Shown here: positions 19,052-26,859 of the stretch, piece after piece
How the letters are laid out: every line of letters starts with the position of its first letter
Position numbering within the stretch: position 1 is the stretch's first letter
Source of the DNA: a virus
Lineage: Duplodnaviria; Caudoviricetes
Length of the DNA: 50,154 bases
IMG/VR virus record: IMGVR_UViG_3300037041_001770
Span: 1-50,154 of that record
Strand: one strand, 5' to 3'
Translations under genes and position numbers: made by a program
The notes under the pieces: generated by a model
Seen by the model: only the letters and a program-made list of their open reading frames with translations
Told to the model about the DNA's origin: nothing
Databases searched by the model: none

Positions 19052-19291
19052 ATGAAAGCAAGACACTTCGCAGCATTATCAACATTTATTATTTTCGTTC
19101 TTTCGATTGCGGTTTTACTCGTGGTCAAGGGACTTAAAGACGATCCAAAGCCAACAGAAATTGGTGAATTTGAATTTGAAGGGGCGAGAACTAAAGTTTT
19201 TAAAACTGGCGATTGCCAAGTTTTCGTTACAAAATGGAAGTCAAACGAAAATCCTAACTTTTTCTTTTCGTGCGGCGAGAGGGGTAAATAA
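19052..19291 (+). CDS. Small membrane-anchored protein
   Basis: N-terminal TM helix; two Cys in the soluble part; AGGGGT RBS. Confidence 0.7.
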   Translation: MKARHFAALSTFIIFVLSIAVLLVVKGLKDDPKPTEIGEFEFEGARTKVFKTGDCQVFVTKWKSNENPNFFFSCGERGK

Positions 19292-20103
19292 TGAAAAAAA
19301 TACTTTTACTTTTATCTTTGTTTAGTTCGCTGGCATTTGGCGCGGATCACTTGCTATATGCTCCAAGCGGCAACTTAATTTTAGATGCTAAGGTCGGTTC
19401 TGTTATCAAAGTGAATAAAACTTTGCGGGTCGATAACATCACAAACTTAGCGGGAACAAGCGGCGCGCCTGGAATGGTTCCAATTGGGGGTATGGTCGCG
19501 GTCATGCCTAACACTCATGCGAATGCATGGCAACCACCGGCAACTGGAGTCATTAAAGATGGTTTTATGCGTGCTGATGGCGCTGTTGTTCCTACTTGTG
19601 CTGATTGTGTGATTCCAGCAGGAACCACAATGCCTAATATGGTTTCAAGGTTTCCAAAGGGATCAACGACAAGCGGGACAACGGCGGGAAGCGCAACAAA
19701 GAACCTACCAGGGCATTATCATAGCAATGGAAGTGGTACTAATGCACAAACTTCTGTTGATGTTACTGGTGGAACAGCATCTTTAACAGGAACAACAACT
19801 TTTGCAGCACACCCCCATACACATAGTGTAGTCGTTAATTTTTCAAGTGCTTATATTACATCGAATGGTTATAAATATACAGAAGGTGATACTATAGCTA
19901 GTAATCCACCTGGAACAAGTAATAATAATCTTTCTGCTTCTGTTGGTATTTCATCTGTACCTGCTTCAAGAACTGGTTCAAACTCTGTTACAGGTAATTT
20001 TGGCCTTGTAACAGGCGGCTGCGATGGTAACAGCGGGGCTAGCTGCTCGATAAACGTCGAACCCGCATACATGGAAACAGTTTGGATAATCAGAGTAAAA
20101 TAA
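19291..20103 (+). CDS. Collar-like fibre 2 with signal peptide
   Basis: MKKILLLLSLFSSLAFG-A leader; VPIGGMV...GFMRADG...PNM collar variant; HxH motifs; WIIRVK end. Confidence 0.85.
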   Translation: MKKILLLLSLFSSLAFGADHLLYAPSGNLILDAKVGSVIKVNKTLRVDNITNLAGTSGAPGMVPIGGMVAVMPNTHANAWQPPATGVIKDGFMRADGAVVPTCADCVIPAGTTMPNMVSRFPKGSTTSGTTAGSATKNLPGHYHSNGSGTNAQTSVDVTGGTASLTGTTTFAAHPHTHSVVVNFSSAYITSNGYKYTEGDTIASNPPGTSNNNLSASVGISSVPASRTGSNSVTGNFGLVTGGCDGNSGASCSINVEPAYMETVWIIRVK

Positions 20104-20113
20104 GGGGTAAAAA

Positions 20114-20881
20114 ATGAGTAAGTATATTTTAGCGATACTTTTGTTTTTTAGCGCAGAATTCGCGCTAGCAGGTAAACACAAAATTGCTGTTCCTGGTAAA
20201 GCTGATGTTTATGTGCCGACATTTGAAAGCGATGGAAGAACTTTAAACGTAGAGTCTCTTAATGGTCCTGGTACGGTTCCAATCGGCGGCATGGTCGCAG
20301 TTATGCCAGCGATTCAGTCAACTGATGCATGGCAACCACCGGCAACTGGCGTCATCAAAGATGGTTTCATGCGTGCCGATGGTCACACTATTACGACTCA
20401 AAACGTAGCGAGTGGCAGCAAGCTAAGGCAAGGAACAGTATTACCGAATATGACGGCAAAATATTTGAGGGGTAATACAACAAGCGGGACAACTGGCGGG
20501 GCGAATACTCAGGGTCTTATTGCTGCAAATATTCCACAAATGAGCGGGGCATTTACTTCTGGTAACAACAGTGTAGATCACTCGCATACTTGGTCAACAG
20601 CTTCAACAGGTGGTCATACAAATCATTCTTTTGGATTCAGAACACAATCAGGTTTAACATTTGGCGGTCAAGATGGTAGGTATATGATGCTTGGTAATGA
20701 TGCACCAATGGGAGCTACGCCAACGCAATCTGGTGGAGAGCATTCACATTCTGGCACTTCAAGCGGTATTTCAGTTAATCATACTCATAGTACAACAGTA
20801 ACACTTGGATCAGGCACACCAACAGCAGTAAACAATGAACCAGCTTATATAGAAACAATTTGGGTTATAAGGGTGAAGTAA
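20114..20881 (+). CDS. Collar-like fibre 3 with signal peptide
   Basis: MSKYILAILLFFSAEFALA-G leader; paralogous to fibre 2; HSH/HTH motifs. Confidence 0.85.
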   Translation: MSKYILAILLFFSAEFALAGKHKIAVPGKADVYVPTFESDGRTLNVESLNGPGTVPIGGMVAVMPAIQSTDAWQPPATGVIKDGFMRADGHTITTQNVASGSKLRQGTVLPNMTAKYLRGNTTSGTTGGANTQGLIAANIPQMSGAFTSGNNSVDHSHTWSTASTGGHTNHSFGFRTQSGLTFGGQDGRYMMLGNDAPMGATPTQSGGEHSHSGTSSGISVNHTHSTTVTLGSGTPTAVNNEPAYIETIWVIRVK

Positions 20882-21198
20882 TGCTAAAAAAGCAAACTGA
20901 AATGATTTGTGCTTATAGGAAGCTAGATATAGATGATTTCATAATTTTATCATTTTTATCAAATGATGCTTCGTTCAAAAAAATTTCAGATAAGCTTATG
21001 ATTAGCAGGTCAGCAATCACACACAGGATAAACAAATATAAAGATTTGTTTGAAGGTTTCGATGTTGAGATAAAGAGGTACGGTAAAAAAGTTTGTAGTC
21101 CGGTAGCAATGGAGCTAGCGGATAAAGCTAAAATGTTTCTAGAAATATTATTAACAATGGGAGAGAAAAATGTCACGTCTTGTCATCAAGAAGAATAA
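20881..21198 (+). CDS. LysR-type winged-HTH DNA-binding protein (HTH only)
   Basis: LDIDDFIIL...SFKKISDKLMISRSAITHRINKY; TAATG coupling gives start 20881. Confidence 0.7.
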   Translation: MLKKQTEMICAYRKLDIDDFIILSFLSNDASFKKISDKLMISRSAITHRINKYKDLFEGFDVEIKRYGKKVCSPVAMELADKAKMFLEILLTMGEKNVTSCHQEE

Positions 21199-21565
21199 TC
21201 CTATCGACGGCGGCGAAGCTAACTTAGTTTATGATCCAAACAGTGAACAGCTTCATTATCATGGTTGGGTTAAACTAAAGATCGGACCATTCAAAAAGAA
21301 ATTCCCTTTCAACGGGAATGAAAAAGTTGCTAAAGAGCTGATGCGCTCGGACTCTTTAGAAGCTGGAAAAGTAATCGATATCGAAGGAGTCAAAATAACT
21401 GTTATGGCGATCCATGAGGGATCGGCTACGGTTTCCTTTGACTCTGAAGATTTTGATGGCTTTGCAGAACTCGACACAAAGGGCGAATATCTCGATGTTA
21501 TGAGTGTTAAAGCCGAGGGAAAATTCCAAGGAATTAAACTCAAAGTTGAAGCTTACAGGGTTTAA
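21170..21565 (+). CDS. Hypothetical beta-rich protein, last gene of the late operon
   Basis: GGGAG RBS; followed by a hairpin. Confidence 0.7.
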   Translation: MSRLVIKKNNPIDGGEANLVYDPNSEQLHYHGWVKLKIGPFKKKFPFNGNEKVAKELMRSDSLEAGKVIDIEGVKITVMAIHEGSATVSFDSEDFDGFAELDTKGEYLDVMSVKAEGKFQGIKLKVEAYRV

Positions 21566-21587
21566 AACCTTGTAAGTCTCTTCTTTT
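21551..21587 (+). terminator. Probable late-operon terminator
   Basis: GCTTACAGGGTT/AACCTTGTAAGT stem then a pyrimidine tract. Confidence 0.6.
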
Positions 21588-21606
21588 CCTACCTCAAAAA
21601 AAATAA

Positions 21607-21704
21607 TTACAAATGTAAATTTTTATGTTGACCTTTTTTTGCGAATAGGCGATAACTGCTTTGTCACCACTAACGGTAACAAAGCACAAGAAAAGAGTTA
21701 AAAC
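21607..21704 (+). promoter_or_regulatory. Early promoter-hairpin-leader cassette 1
   Basis: TTACAAATGTAA, TTGACC-N17-GATAAC, hairpin GCTTTGTCACC/GGTAACAAAGC, AGCACAAGA, RBS. Confidence 0.8.
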
Positions 21705-21890
21705 ATGAAAAAATTTATAGCATCACAAAAATATATCTCTGAAGAAAAATCATATTGCTGGTGTGTTTGTAGGTATGATGGCCGATCCTTCAGAGATGGG
21801 GTTTTATCTTATAATTTCCCATATACAGAACAAGGCGCAATCGACGCCATTGCTTGTGCTAAAAAGCTCGACGAAGAGCACGAATTTTAA
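21705..21890 (+). CDS. Small early hypothetical protein
   Basis: Directly downstream of cassette 1. Confidence 0.7.
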   Translation: MKKFIASQKYISEEKSYCWCVCRYDGRSFRDGVLSYNFPYTEQGAIDAIACAKKLDEEHEF

Positions 21891-21896
21891 AAATAA

Positions 21897-21992
21897 TTAC
21901 AAAAGAGAATTTATTTTCTTGCATTATCTACCTGCTACTGTATAACTATCTTTGTCACCACTAACGGTAACAAAGCACAAGAAGGAAAAAAT
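21897..21992 (+). promoter_or_regulatory. Early promoter-hairpin-leader cassette 2
   Basis: TTGCAT...TATAAC; 34 bp identical to cassette 1 (21950..21983 = 21659..21692). Confidence 0.8.
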
Positions 21993-22241
21993 ATGAGAGT
22001 AGTAAACTGGAACGAAGTAGCACAAAAAGCGGTACTTATGAGCACCGAAAGCCTTATCTTCACAATCAATGATTGCAGAGAAGCGGCGAAGGTTTCGCGC
22101 GGTTGGAATCCTGAGAATGAAGGTTACTACGATGATGAAGCTTCGGTATATGCTTCAGAACTCAGAAGAAGAGAGAGATGTAATACAGTTGCATCTATAA
22201 GAAAAAGTTGGAGCGATTTACCAGCTAGAAAAAAAAGTTAA
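21993..22241 (+). CDS. Small early hypothetical protein
   Basis: AAGGA RBS in cassette 2. Confidence 0.75.
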   Translation: MRVVNWNEVAQKAVLMSTESLIFTINDCREAAKVSRGWNPENEGYYDDEASVYASELRRRERCNTVASIRKSWSDLPARKKS

Positions 22242-22267
22242 TTCTTCAAATAAATAAGAGGTTAAAA

Positions 22268-22549
22268 ATGGAATGCATGGGATTAGATAGAAATGGGTGT
22301 AGGCATAAGAATTTAAAATCAAAAGTTTGGTATGTATGCGATGCTTGCGATGCTGATTTTAGAGAACAGGTTAAACAGCAAAATAAAAGTATTGCTAGGG
22401 CGAAAGAATTAGCTGGTTTAGCAATCGTAAGGGCCTCTCAAGGTTTGAAGTATGGCGATGATATGAGATGGTCAACAAAGGTATGCTTACAAGATGCTGC
22501 TAAATTATTGCGAGATGCATTAGAAGATTTAGAAAACAATAGGATTTAA
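22268..22549 (+). CDS. Hypothetical protein with Cys motifs
   Basis: GAGG RBS; CxxC. Confidence 0.7.
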   Translation: MECMGLDRNGCRHKNLKSKVWYVCDACDADFREQVKQQNKSIARAKELAGLAIVRASQGLKYGDDMRWSTKVCLQDAAKLLRDALEDLENNRI

Positions 22550-22550
22550 T

Positions 22551-22847
22551 ATGGAAAATGTACTTAAAAAACAATCTGAAATAATGTGTAAATTTGCTTT
22601 AACACTTAAACCCGGTTCAGCTCGCGCTCAATGCTATACGATTGCAAATTATAAGTTAGATCATGGTGAAACTATCGCCGAAAGAATTATGAGGGATCAC
22701 TATAGTTTAGGTCATGCATTAAGAGCAGCACGGCTCATGTTTGATGCTGGGTGTGCAACTGAAATTCCAAACAAAAAACCGCATCTATTTGGGACTTTTA
22801 TTTTTCTCGATGGTTCAGAATTAGGTGTAAAAAAGGTTGAAGCATGA
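22551..22847 (+). CDS. Hypothetical protein
   Basis: AGGA RBS; operon packing. Confidence 0.7.
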   Translation: MENVLKKQSEIMCKFALTLKPGSARAQCYTIANYKLDHGETIAERIMRDHYSLGHALRAARLMFDAGCATEIPNKKPHLFGTFIFLDGSELGVKKVEA

Positions 22848-23080
22848 CAACACTAGCTAACGGTTTAAACGCTGTTGTCTTACTTTCTGGAGGATTTCAT
22901 AATCGGCCTGAAATGTGGATACGGGTTAACAAGAAATATTTAATCGAGTACGATGAAAGCTATTTGACAGAACATCATATAAAACGACTAGAAAAACATT
23001 TTTGTGGAATTAAAGGTTGTAATTGCGGGTCATATCACAAAGCAACCATAAAAATACATCATGGTAAAAAATGGAAATGA
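22844..23080 (+). CDS. Hypothetical protein (CGxxGCxCG)
   Basis: ATGA overlap with the previous gene. Confidence 0.7.
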   Translation: MTTLANGLNAVVLLSGGFHNRPEMWIRVNKKYLIEYDESYLTEHHIKRLEKHFCGIKGCNCGSYHKATIKIHHGKKWK

Positions 23081-23086
23081 GGTTAT

Positions 23087-23284
23087 ATGAATAATAATGA
23101 GATCCCAAAAAGGCAAGATGCAATAAGTTGTTATTTTTGTAAGCACTATTTTTTAATAGAAAAAGATGATGAACAATTATCGAGCTGCTCAAAACATGAC
23201 TTCGTTTTTAGTTTAATTACAAATGGTTTCTCTACTCTTTTCAGTAAATGTGAATCTTTTGAAGAAAGCGGTAGTAAGAGATGA
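23087..23284 (+). CDS. Small Cys-rich (CxxCxH...C...C) protein
   Basis: GAGG RBS; Zn-finger-like spacing. Confidence 0.65.
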   Translation: MNNNEIPKRQDAISCYFCKHYFLIEKDDEQLSSCSKHDFVFSLITNGFSTLFSKCESFEESGSKR

Positions 23285-23517
23285 AAGAACTAATGAAAAA
23301 TCCACCGAACTACCGACACATAGAAGATAGGTCATGCTTTTCTTGTATTCATTTAAGAGAAAAAGAAAAATCAATTTTACCGCCATTTAAAAGCTATTAC
23401 TGCCATATGTTCCTAAACAATTTATCAGCAGTTGAATCATGTTATTATGTATGTGACGATTATTTTCGTGCGGGATCTTATGCATTGGAACAAAGATACC
23501 AGCTACCCCATAAATAA
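23281..23517 (+). CDS. Small Cys-rich (CxxCxH...C...C) protein
   Basis: ATGA overlap; same Cys pattern as the previous gene. Confidence 0.65.
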   Translation: MKELMKNPPNYRHIEDRSCFSCIHLREKEKSILPPFKSYYCHMFLNNLSAVESCYYVCDDYFRAGSYALEQRYQLPHK

Positions 23518-23519
23518 AA

Positions 23520-23614
23520 TTACATTTGTAAATTAATGCTTGCATTATCTTTCCACTACTGTATAACTATCTTTGTCACCAATAACGATGACAAGCACAA
23601 GAAAGAAGAAAAAA
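23520..23614 (+). promoter_or_regulatory. Early promoter-hairpin-leader cassette 3
   Basis: TTACATTTGTAA, TTGCATTATCT...CTACTGTATAACTATCTTTGTCACC, hairpin TTGTCA/TGACAA, AGCACAAGA. Confidence 0.8.
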
Positions 23615-23848
23615 ATGAAGCACGAAACACTAATCAAAAGAATCGAAAAAACAGGCATTAAAGTTGAAAATCATGACGATAGAAGATTTGTAGCAAGGGG
23701 AAAAACAAATAATGTTTCTTGGTACAAGCAAGGTGATAGGGCGGTATGTGTTTCGACAGCTTCGCCATATACAGATAGTTCAACAGATTGTTTTTGCGAT
23801 ATCTGGCATAGAACAATCAAATCAGCGGTTACCTACTTGAGCAAATAA
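23615..23848 (+). CDS. Small early hypothetical protein
   Basis: The ATG after cassette 3 is the likely start; hairpin TACTTGAGC/GCTCAAGTA spans the stop. Confidence 0.7.
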   Translation: MKHETLIKRIEKTGIKVENHDDRRFVARGKTNNVSWYKQGDRAVCVSTASPYTDSSTDCFCDIWHRTIKSAVTYLSK

Positions 23849-23907
23849 GCTCAAGTATTTACTTTAATTTCCATCATATCGGTGGATTTTTTTATACAGG
23901 AGTATTT

Positions 23908-24168
23908 ATGAATAAGTTGTTTTTGATCGGTTTAGTTATGTCGTCTGTATCATTCGGAGAATCGCGAGTCATTGAAGTAAATAGGGATTACCCTAACGTC
24001 CCTGGCGCAAATGAAGCAACAGGGTCAAGAGAGGTTGTAAGAATTGCTAATGGTAACAGAGATATTATTGGCGCTGTTGCCGGTAACATCATTGGTCGTG
24101 GGGGCTGGGCTTCTGGCGTGGGCGCTGTTGCCGGTGCTATCATTTCAAGAGATCCAAACAAAAAATGA
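23908..24168 (+). CDS. Secreted glycine-zipper protein
   Basis: CAGGAG RBS; signal MNKLFLIGLVMSSVSFG; GAVAGNIIG...GVGAVAGAII. Confidence 0.75.
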   Translation: MNKLFLIGLVMSSVSFGESRVIEVNRDYPNVPGANEATGSREVVRIANGNRDIIGAVAGNIIGRGGWASGVGAVAGAIISRDPNKK

Positions 24169-24341
24169 TAAATCATGAGTTAAAAAAGAACTTGAGAATC
24201 GGCGCTGCGATGTTTGTAGCTATGTTTATAGCTACCAGCTCGCTAAAAAGATCGTTAATTTTTATTATTGTTTATGCAATAATAATTTTAGCAATTAGCG
24301 CGATAACGATAGTAATCAGAAAATTAACAAAAAAGGTTTAA
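24165..24341 (+). CDS. 58-aa two-TM membrane protein (not in the ORF track)
   Basis: ATGA overlap; MINHELKKNLRIGAAMFVAMFIATSSLKRSLIFIIVYAIIILAISAITIVIRKLTKKV. Confidence 0.65.
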   Translation: MINHELKKNLRIGAAMFVAMFIATSSLKRSLIFIIVYAIIILAISAITIVIRKLTKKV

Positions 24342-24342
24342 C

Positions 24343-24618
24343 ATGAACACCCTGATAGTTTTAACTCGCTTCGATGAATCTAGGAATTACTTAATAGTAA
24401 CAAGTGGAGACTATAGACATCTGAATGGGTTAACTCTATCAGTTGAAACCATAAATGAGCACTACCCAAAGAATTTAGAACTATATAATCTACTGTTTGA
24501 CGAAGAAGGTTTACTTAAGATGAACGGCTATAATTTATCAACAAATCATCATTTATCTATGGAGCTTCTTGAAGCTAATAAGATTAAATTTATTATTTTT
24601 TGCCGAGGTGATTTTTGA
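24343..24618 (+). CDS. Hypothetical protein
   Basis: AAGG RBS; packing. Confidence 0.6.
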   Translation: MNTLIVLTRFDESRNYLIVTSGDYRHLNGLTLSVETINEHYPKNLELYNLLFDEEGLLKMNGYNLSTNHHLSMELLEANKIKFIIFCRGDF

Positions 24619-24821
24619 GTATAGATACAAAGGAGAGTATCAAAGAAGCTATTTTGATAGCGGGGTCACAAACGGCGCTATCAAATCATATGGATGTTAC
24701 AAGGCAGATGGTCAGCAGATGGCTTAAAACTGGAAAGATTTCTCTGCAACATTATCTCAAGCTTAATCAGTACATAAATTATAACTCAATTAAAAAAGAT
24801 GTTAATTTGCGAAATTCCTAA
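24615..24821 (+). CDS. Cro/YdaS-like HTH repressor
   Basis: AILIAGSQTALSNHMDVTRQMVSRWLKTGKIS. Confidence 0.8.
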   Translation: MSIDTKESIKEAILIAGSQTALSNHMDVTRQMVSRWLKTGKISLQHYLKLNQYINYNSIKKDVNLRNS

Positions 24822-24861
24822 AATAATATAAACTAGAATAACAACCAAAAAAGGGAGAGAT

Positions 24862-25389
24862 ATGAAAATTATAATACCGTTTTTATTGTTGTTTTCTAGT
24901 AGCGCATTTGGTCAGTATTTATATAATGGTGAAACCTTTCCATTTTCTAAAGGGGTCAAATGGGATGGGAACAACTCCATTATTGAAGAGTCCACTAAGC
25001 TACCATTTAGCAAACCGAGACATATTAGGGCGAACATAGTTAGCGTAAATTATTGGGGCGCGGTCGGATATGCTTTTGACAACTGGATGCCAATAGATTT
25101 TTCTAATCATATCACGCTATCTTTCGCACTAAGGTCAAGCGAAAAGGAAACGCTTTTAGGGGTTCAGCTCCACGATGTAAATGGTAAAACAAGTACATTT
25201 GCAAGAGTGGAAACAAAATATAACTATGAACAAATAGTCATACCAATATCTATGTTTAATGATGTTGACCTAAAGAATATAACAGCTGTTATATTTTCAT
25301 TGAGCAAACCAGGGACAACAATACAGCTTATCGATATTGATGATATTGAGCTTTTTGGTAAAAAAAAAGTGAACCAATATCTGGAGTAA
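24862..25389 (+). CDS. Signal peptide plus carbohydrate-binding module (N-terminal part of a frameshifted CBM-GH5 gene)
   Basis: MKIIIPFLLLFSSSAFG-Q; DFSNHITLSF...IVIPISMF...IDIDDIEL galactose-binding-like pattern; ends just after an A9 run. Confidence 0.7.
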   Translation: MKIIIPFLLLFSSSAFGQYLYNGETFPFSKGVKWDGNNSIIEESTKLPFSKPRHIRANIVSVNYWGAVGYAFDNWMPIDFSNHITLSFALRSSEKETLLGVQLHDVNGKTSTFARVETKYNYEQIVIPISMFNDVDLKNITAVIFSLSKPGTTIQLIDIDDIELFGKKKVNQYLE

Positions 25390-26291
25390 TAACCACAAAC
25401 GGTAGAGCAATATTTGATTCATGCGGGAAAGAGATAATACCAATCGGCGTCAATCATATGACAGTTTACACGGATTGGATCGGTACGCCTCGCGATGGCC
25501 TACCCATGTATGAAGAAATAGCGAAAACCGGCGCTAATACTGTCAGGATAGTTTGGAGCTACAAAGAAAACACCACAGCCAAAGAGCTTGATAATGCTAT
25601 TACAAACGCAGCAAATAACAAACTTTTTCCTATGGTTGAGGTTTTAGATAGAACATGTCAATGGTCAAGAGAGGCTTTTGACGAGATTTTATCTTTTTGG
25701 CTTCGAACTGATATCCTTGCGGTACTTAAAAAGCATGAGAAATATTTACTTTTGAACTTTGCTAATGAGCTTGGTAATAATGTAACTACTCTTGAGACAT
25801 ATAAAAGCGAGTACAAAAGAGCTGTTGAGAAGCTTCGCGCCGCTGGAATAAAAAGCCCAATAGTTATCGATGCTCCAGGATGCGGCCAAGATGAAACAAC
25901 TATGTTACAAGCGGGAAACTATCTTATTAATTCTGATCCTCTGCATAATATCATCATGAGCCTTCATTTATGGTGGGTTCCTCAGAATAATGAGAGAATC
26001 ACAAAGCTATTTACCGAAGCGGTAAGGCTAAATATTCCTCTTATCATTGGGGAATTTAGCGGTTTAGCGGTTGATTGTAAAACAAGCACAAATGTTGATC
26101 ATATTTTAAAAATGGCGCGTGATAATAAAGTTGGATGGCTTCCATGGTCATGGGATTCAGCAAATGGTTGTAAGCCTCATTCAATGACAACAGACAATAC
26201 ATTTAACGGGCTATTTGGATATGGAAAAGAGGTCGCCGTAACTCATTCCTATTCAATCAAAAACACCGCCGTTAGATCGCAATGCTTTTAG
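25368..26291 (+). CDS. GH5 glycoside hydrolase (mannanase/cellulase-like), -1 frame continuation
   Basis: GANTVRIV, NFANE (acid/base), IIGEF (nucleophile), WSW; the frame upstream of ATG 25458 encodes the typical TNGRAIFDSCGKEIIPIGVNH. Confidence 0.9.
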   Translation, partial: SEPISGVITTNGRAIFDSCGKEIIPIGVNHMTVYTDWIGTPRDGLPMYEEIAKTGANTVRIVWSYKENTTAKELDNAITNAANNKLFPMVEVLDRTCQWSREAFDEILSFWLRTDILAVLKKHEKYLLLNFANELGNNVTTLETYKSEYKRAVEKLRAAGIKSPIVIDAPGCGQDETTMLQAGNYLINSDPLHNIIMSLHLWWVPQNNERITKLFTEAVRLNIPLIIGEFSGLAVDCKTSTNVDHILKMARDNKVGWLPWSWDSANGCKPHSMTTDNTFNGLFGYGKEVAVTHSYSIKNTAVRSQCF

Positions 26292-26521
26292 ATGAAAAGA
26301 AAAGAATAAAAGAGATATTTAAACTCATAGGCGCTTCGGCAACGCTCGATGAAATAAAATATCTCTATGCTGAGTTTGTTTTAGAATCTTTAAACTGGAA
26401 CCGAACACATGCAGCTAAATCTCTTAAGGTTCCTATTAAAACTTTTAGGCAATGGTATAATTTAAAAGAGTTTATAAAAATACCAGAGGAAAAAAAATGG
26501 AAGAAAAAGAGTTCTGGATAG
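26282..26521 (+). CDS. Fis-like HTH protein
   Basis: TLDEIKYLYAEFVLESLNWNRTHAAKSLKVPIKTF. Confidence 0.75.
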   Translation: MLLDEKKRIKEIFKLIGASATLDEIKYLYAEFVLESLNWNRTHAAKSLKVPIKTFRQWYNLKEFIKIPEEKKWKKKSSG

Positions 26522-26646
26522 GAACAATTATTACCACCTTATACTTGGGTTTTTTAACTTTCATTGCTATGTTGTTTTTGTCTTGTTATAAAATTATCAT
26601 ATTGTCGTTATGGAGGTTTGCAAAATGGCTAACAGCGAAAAAGTAA
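26497..26646 (+). CDS. 49-aa membrane protein (not in the ORF track)
   Basis: GAGGA RBS; MEEKEFWIGTIITTLYLGFLTFIAMLFLSCYKIIILSLWRFAKWLTAKK. Confidence 0.55.
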   Translation: MEEKEFWIGTIITTLYLGFLTFIAMLFLSCYKIIILSLWRFAKWLTAKK

Positions 26647-26843
26647 TAGGGCGAAGATTTGGGAGGCTAGTAGCTATAGAAATTTTAGGCCAAAAAAACG
26701 GCAAGACGATGATAAAGGTTCAGTGCGATTGTGGTAATTCGAAAGAAATTGTATTAGGCAATTTCACCTCTTCAGGTTCAAAAAGTTGTGGATGTTTAAA
26801 TCTCGAAAACATTAAAAGAAGAAAAAAAAGCTGGCAATTCTAA
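26625..26843 (+). CDS. Stand-alone CDCG/SCGC domain of the kind found N-terminal in phage HNH/AP2 proteins
   Basis: GRRFGRLVAIE...VQCDCGN...SKSCGCL; GGAGG RBS. Confidence 0.75.
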   Translation: MANSEKVIGRRFGRLVAIEILGQKNGKTMIKVQCDCGNSKEIVLGNFTSSGSKSCGCLNLENIKRRKKSWQF

Positions 26844-26859
26844 AAACAAGTGGGGAAGT

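Noticed and set aside
18212-20881. Diversity-generating retroelement or invertible fibre cassette
   Set aside because: No reverse transcriptase or invertase; the repeats differ at synonymous positions rather than only at adenines; all genes are co-oriented
21659-23602. 34-bp hairpin repeats as a CRISPR array
   Set aside because: Spacing is hundreds to thousands of bp with genes between; no cas genes
26625-26843. Homing endonuclease
   Set aside because: Only the Cys-rich accessory domain is present; no HNH or AP2 domain follows
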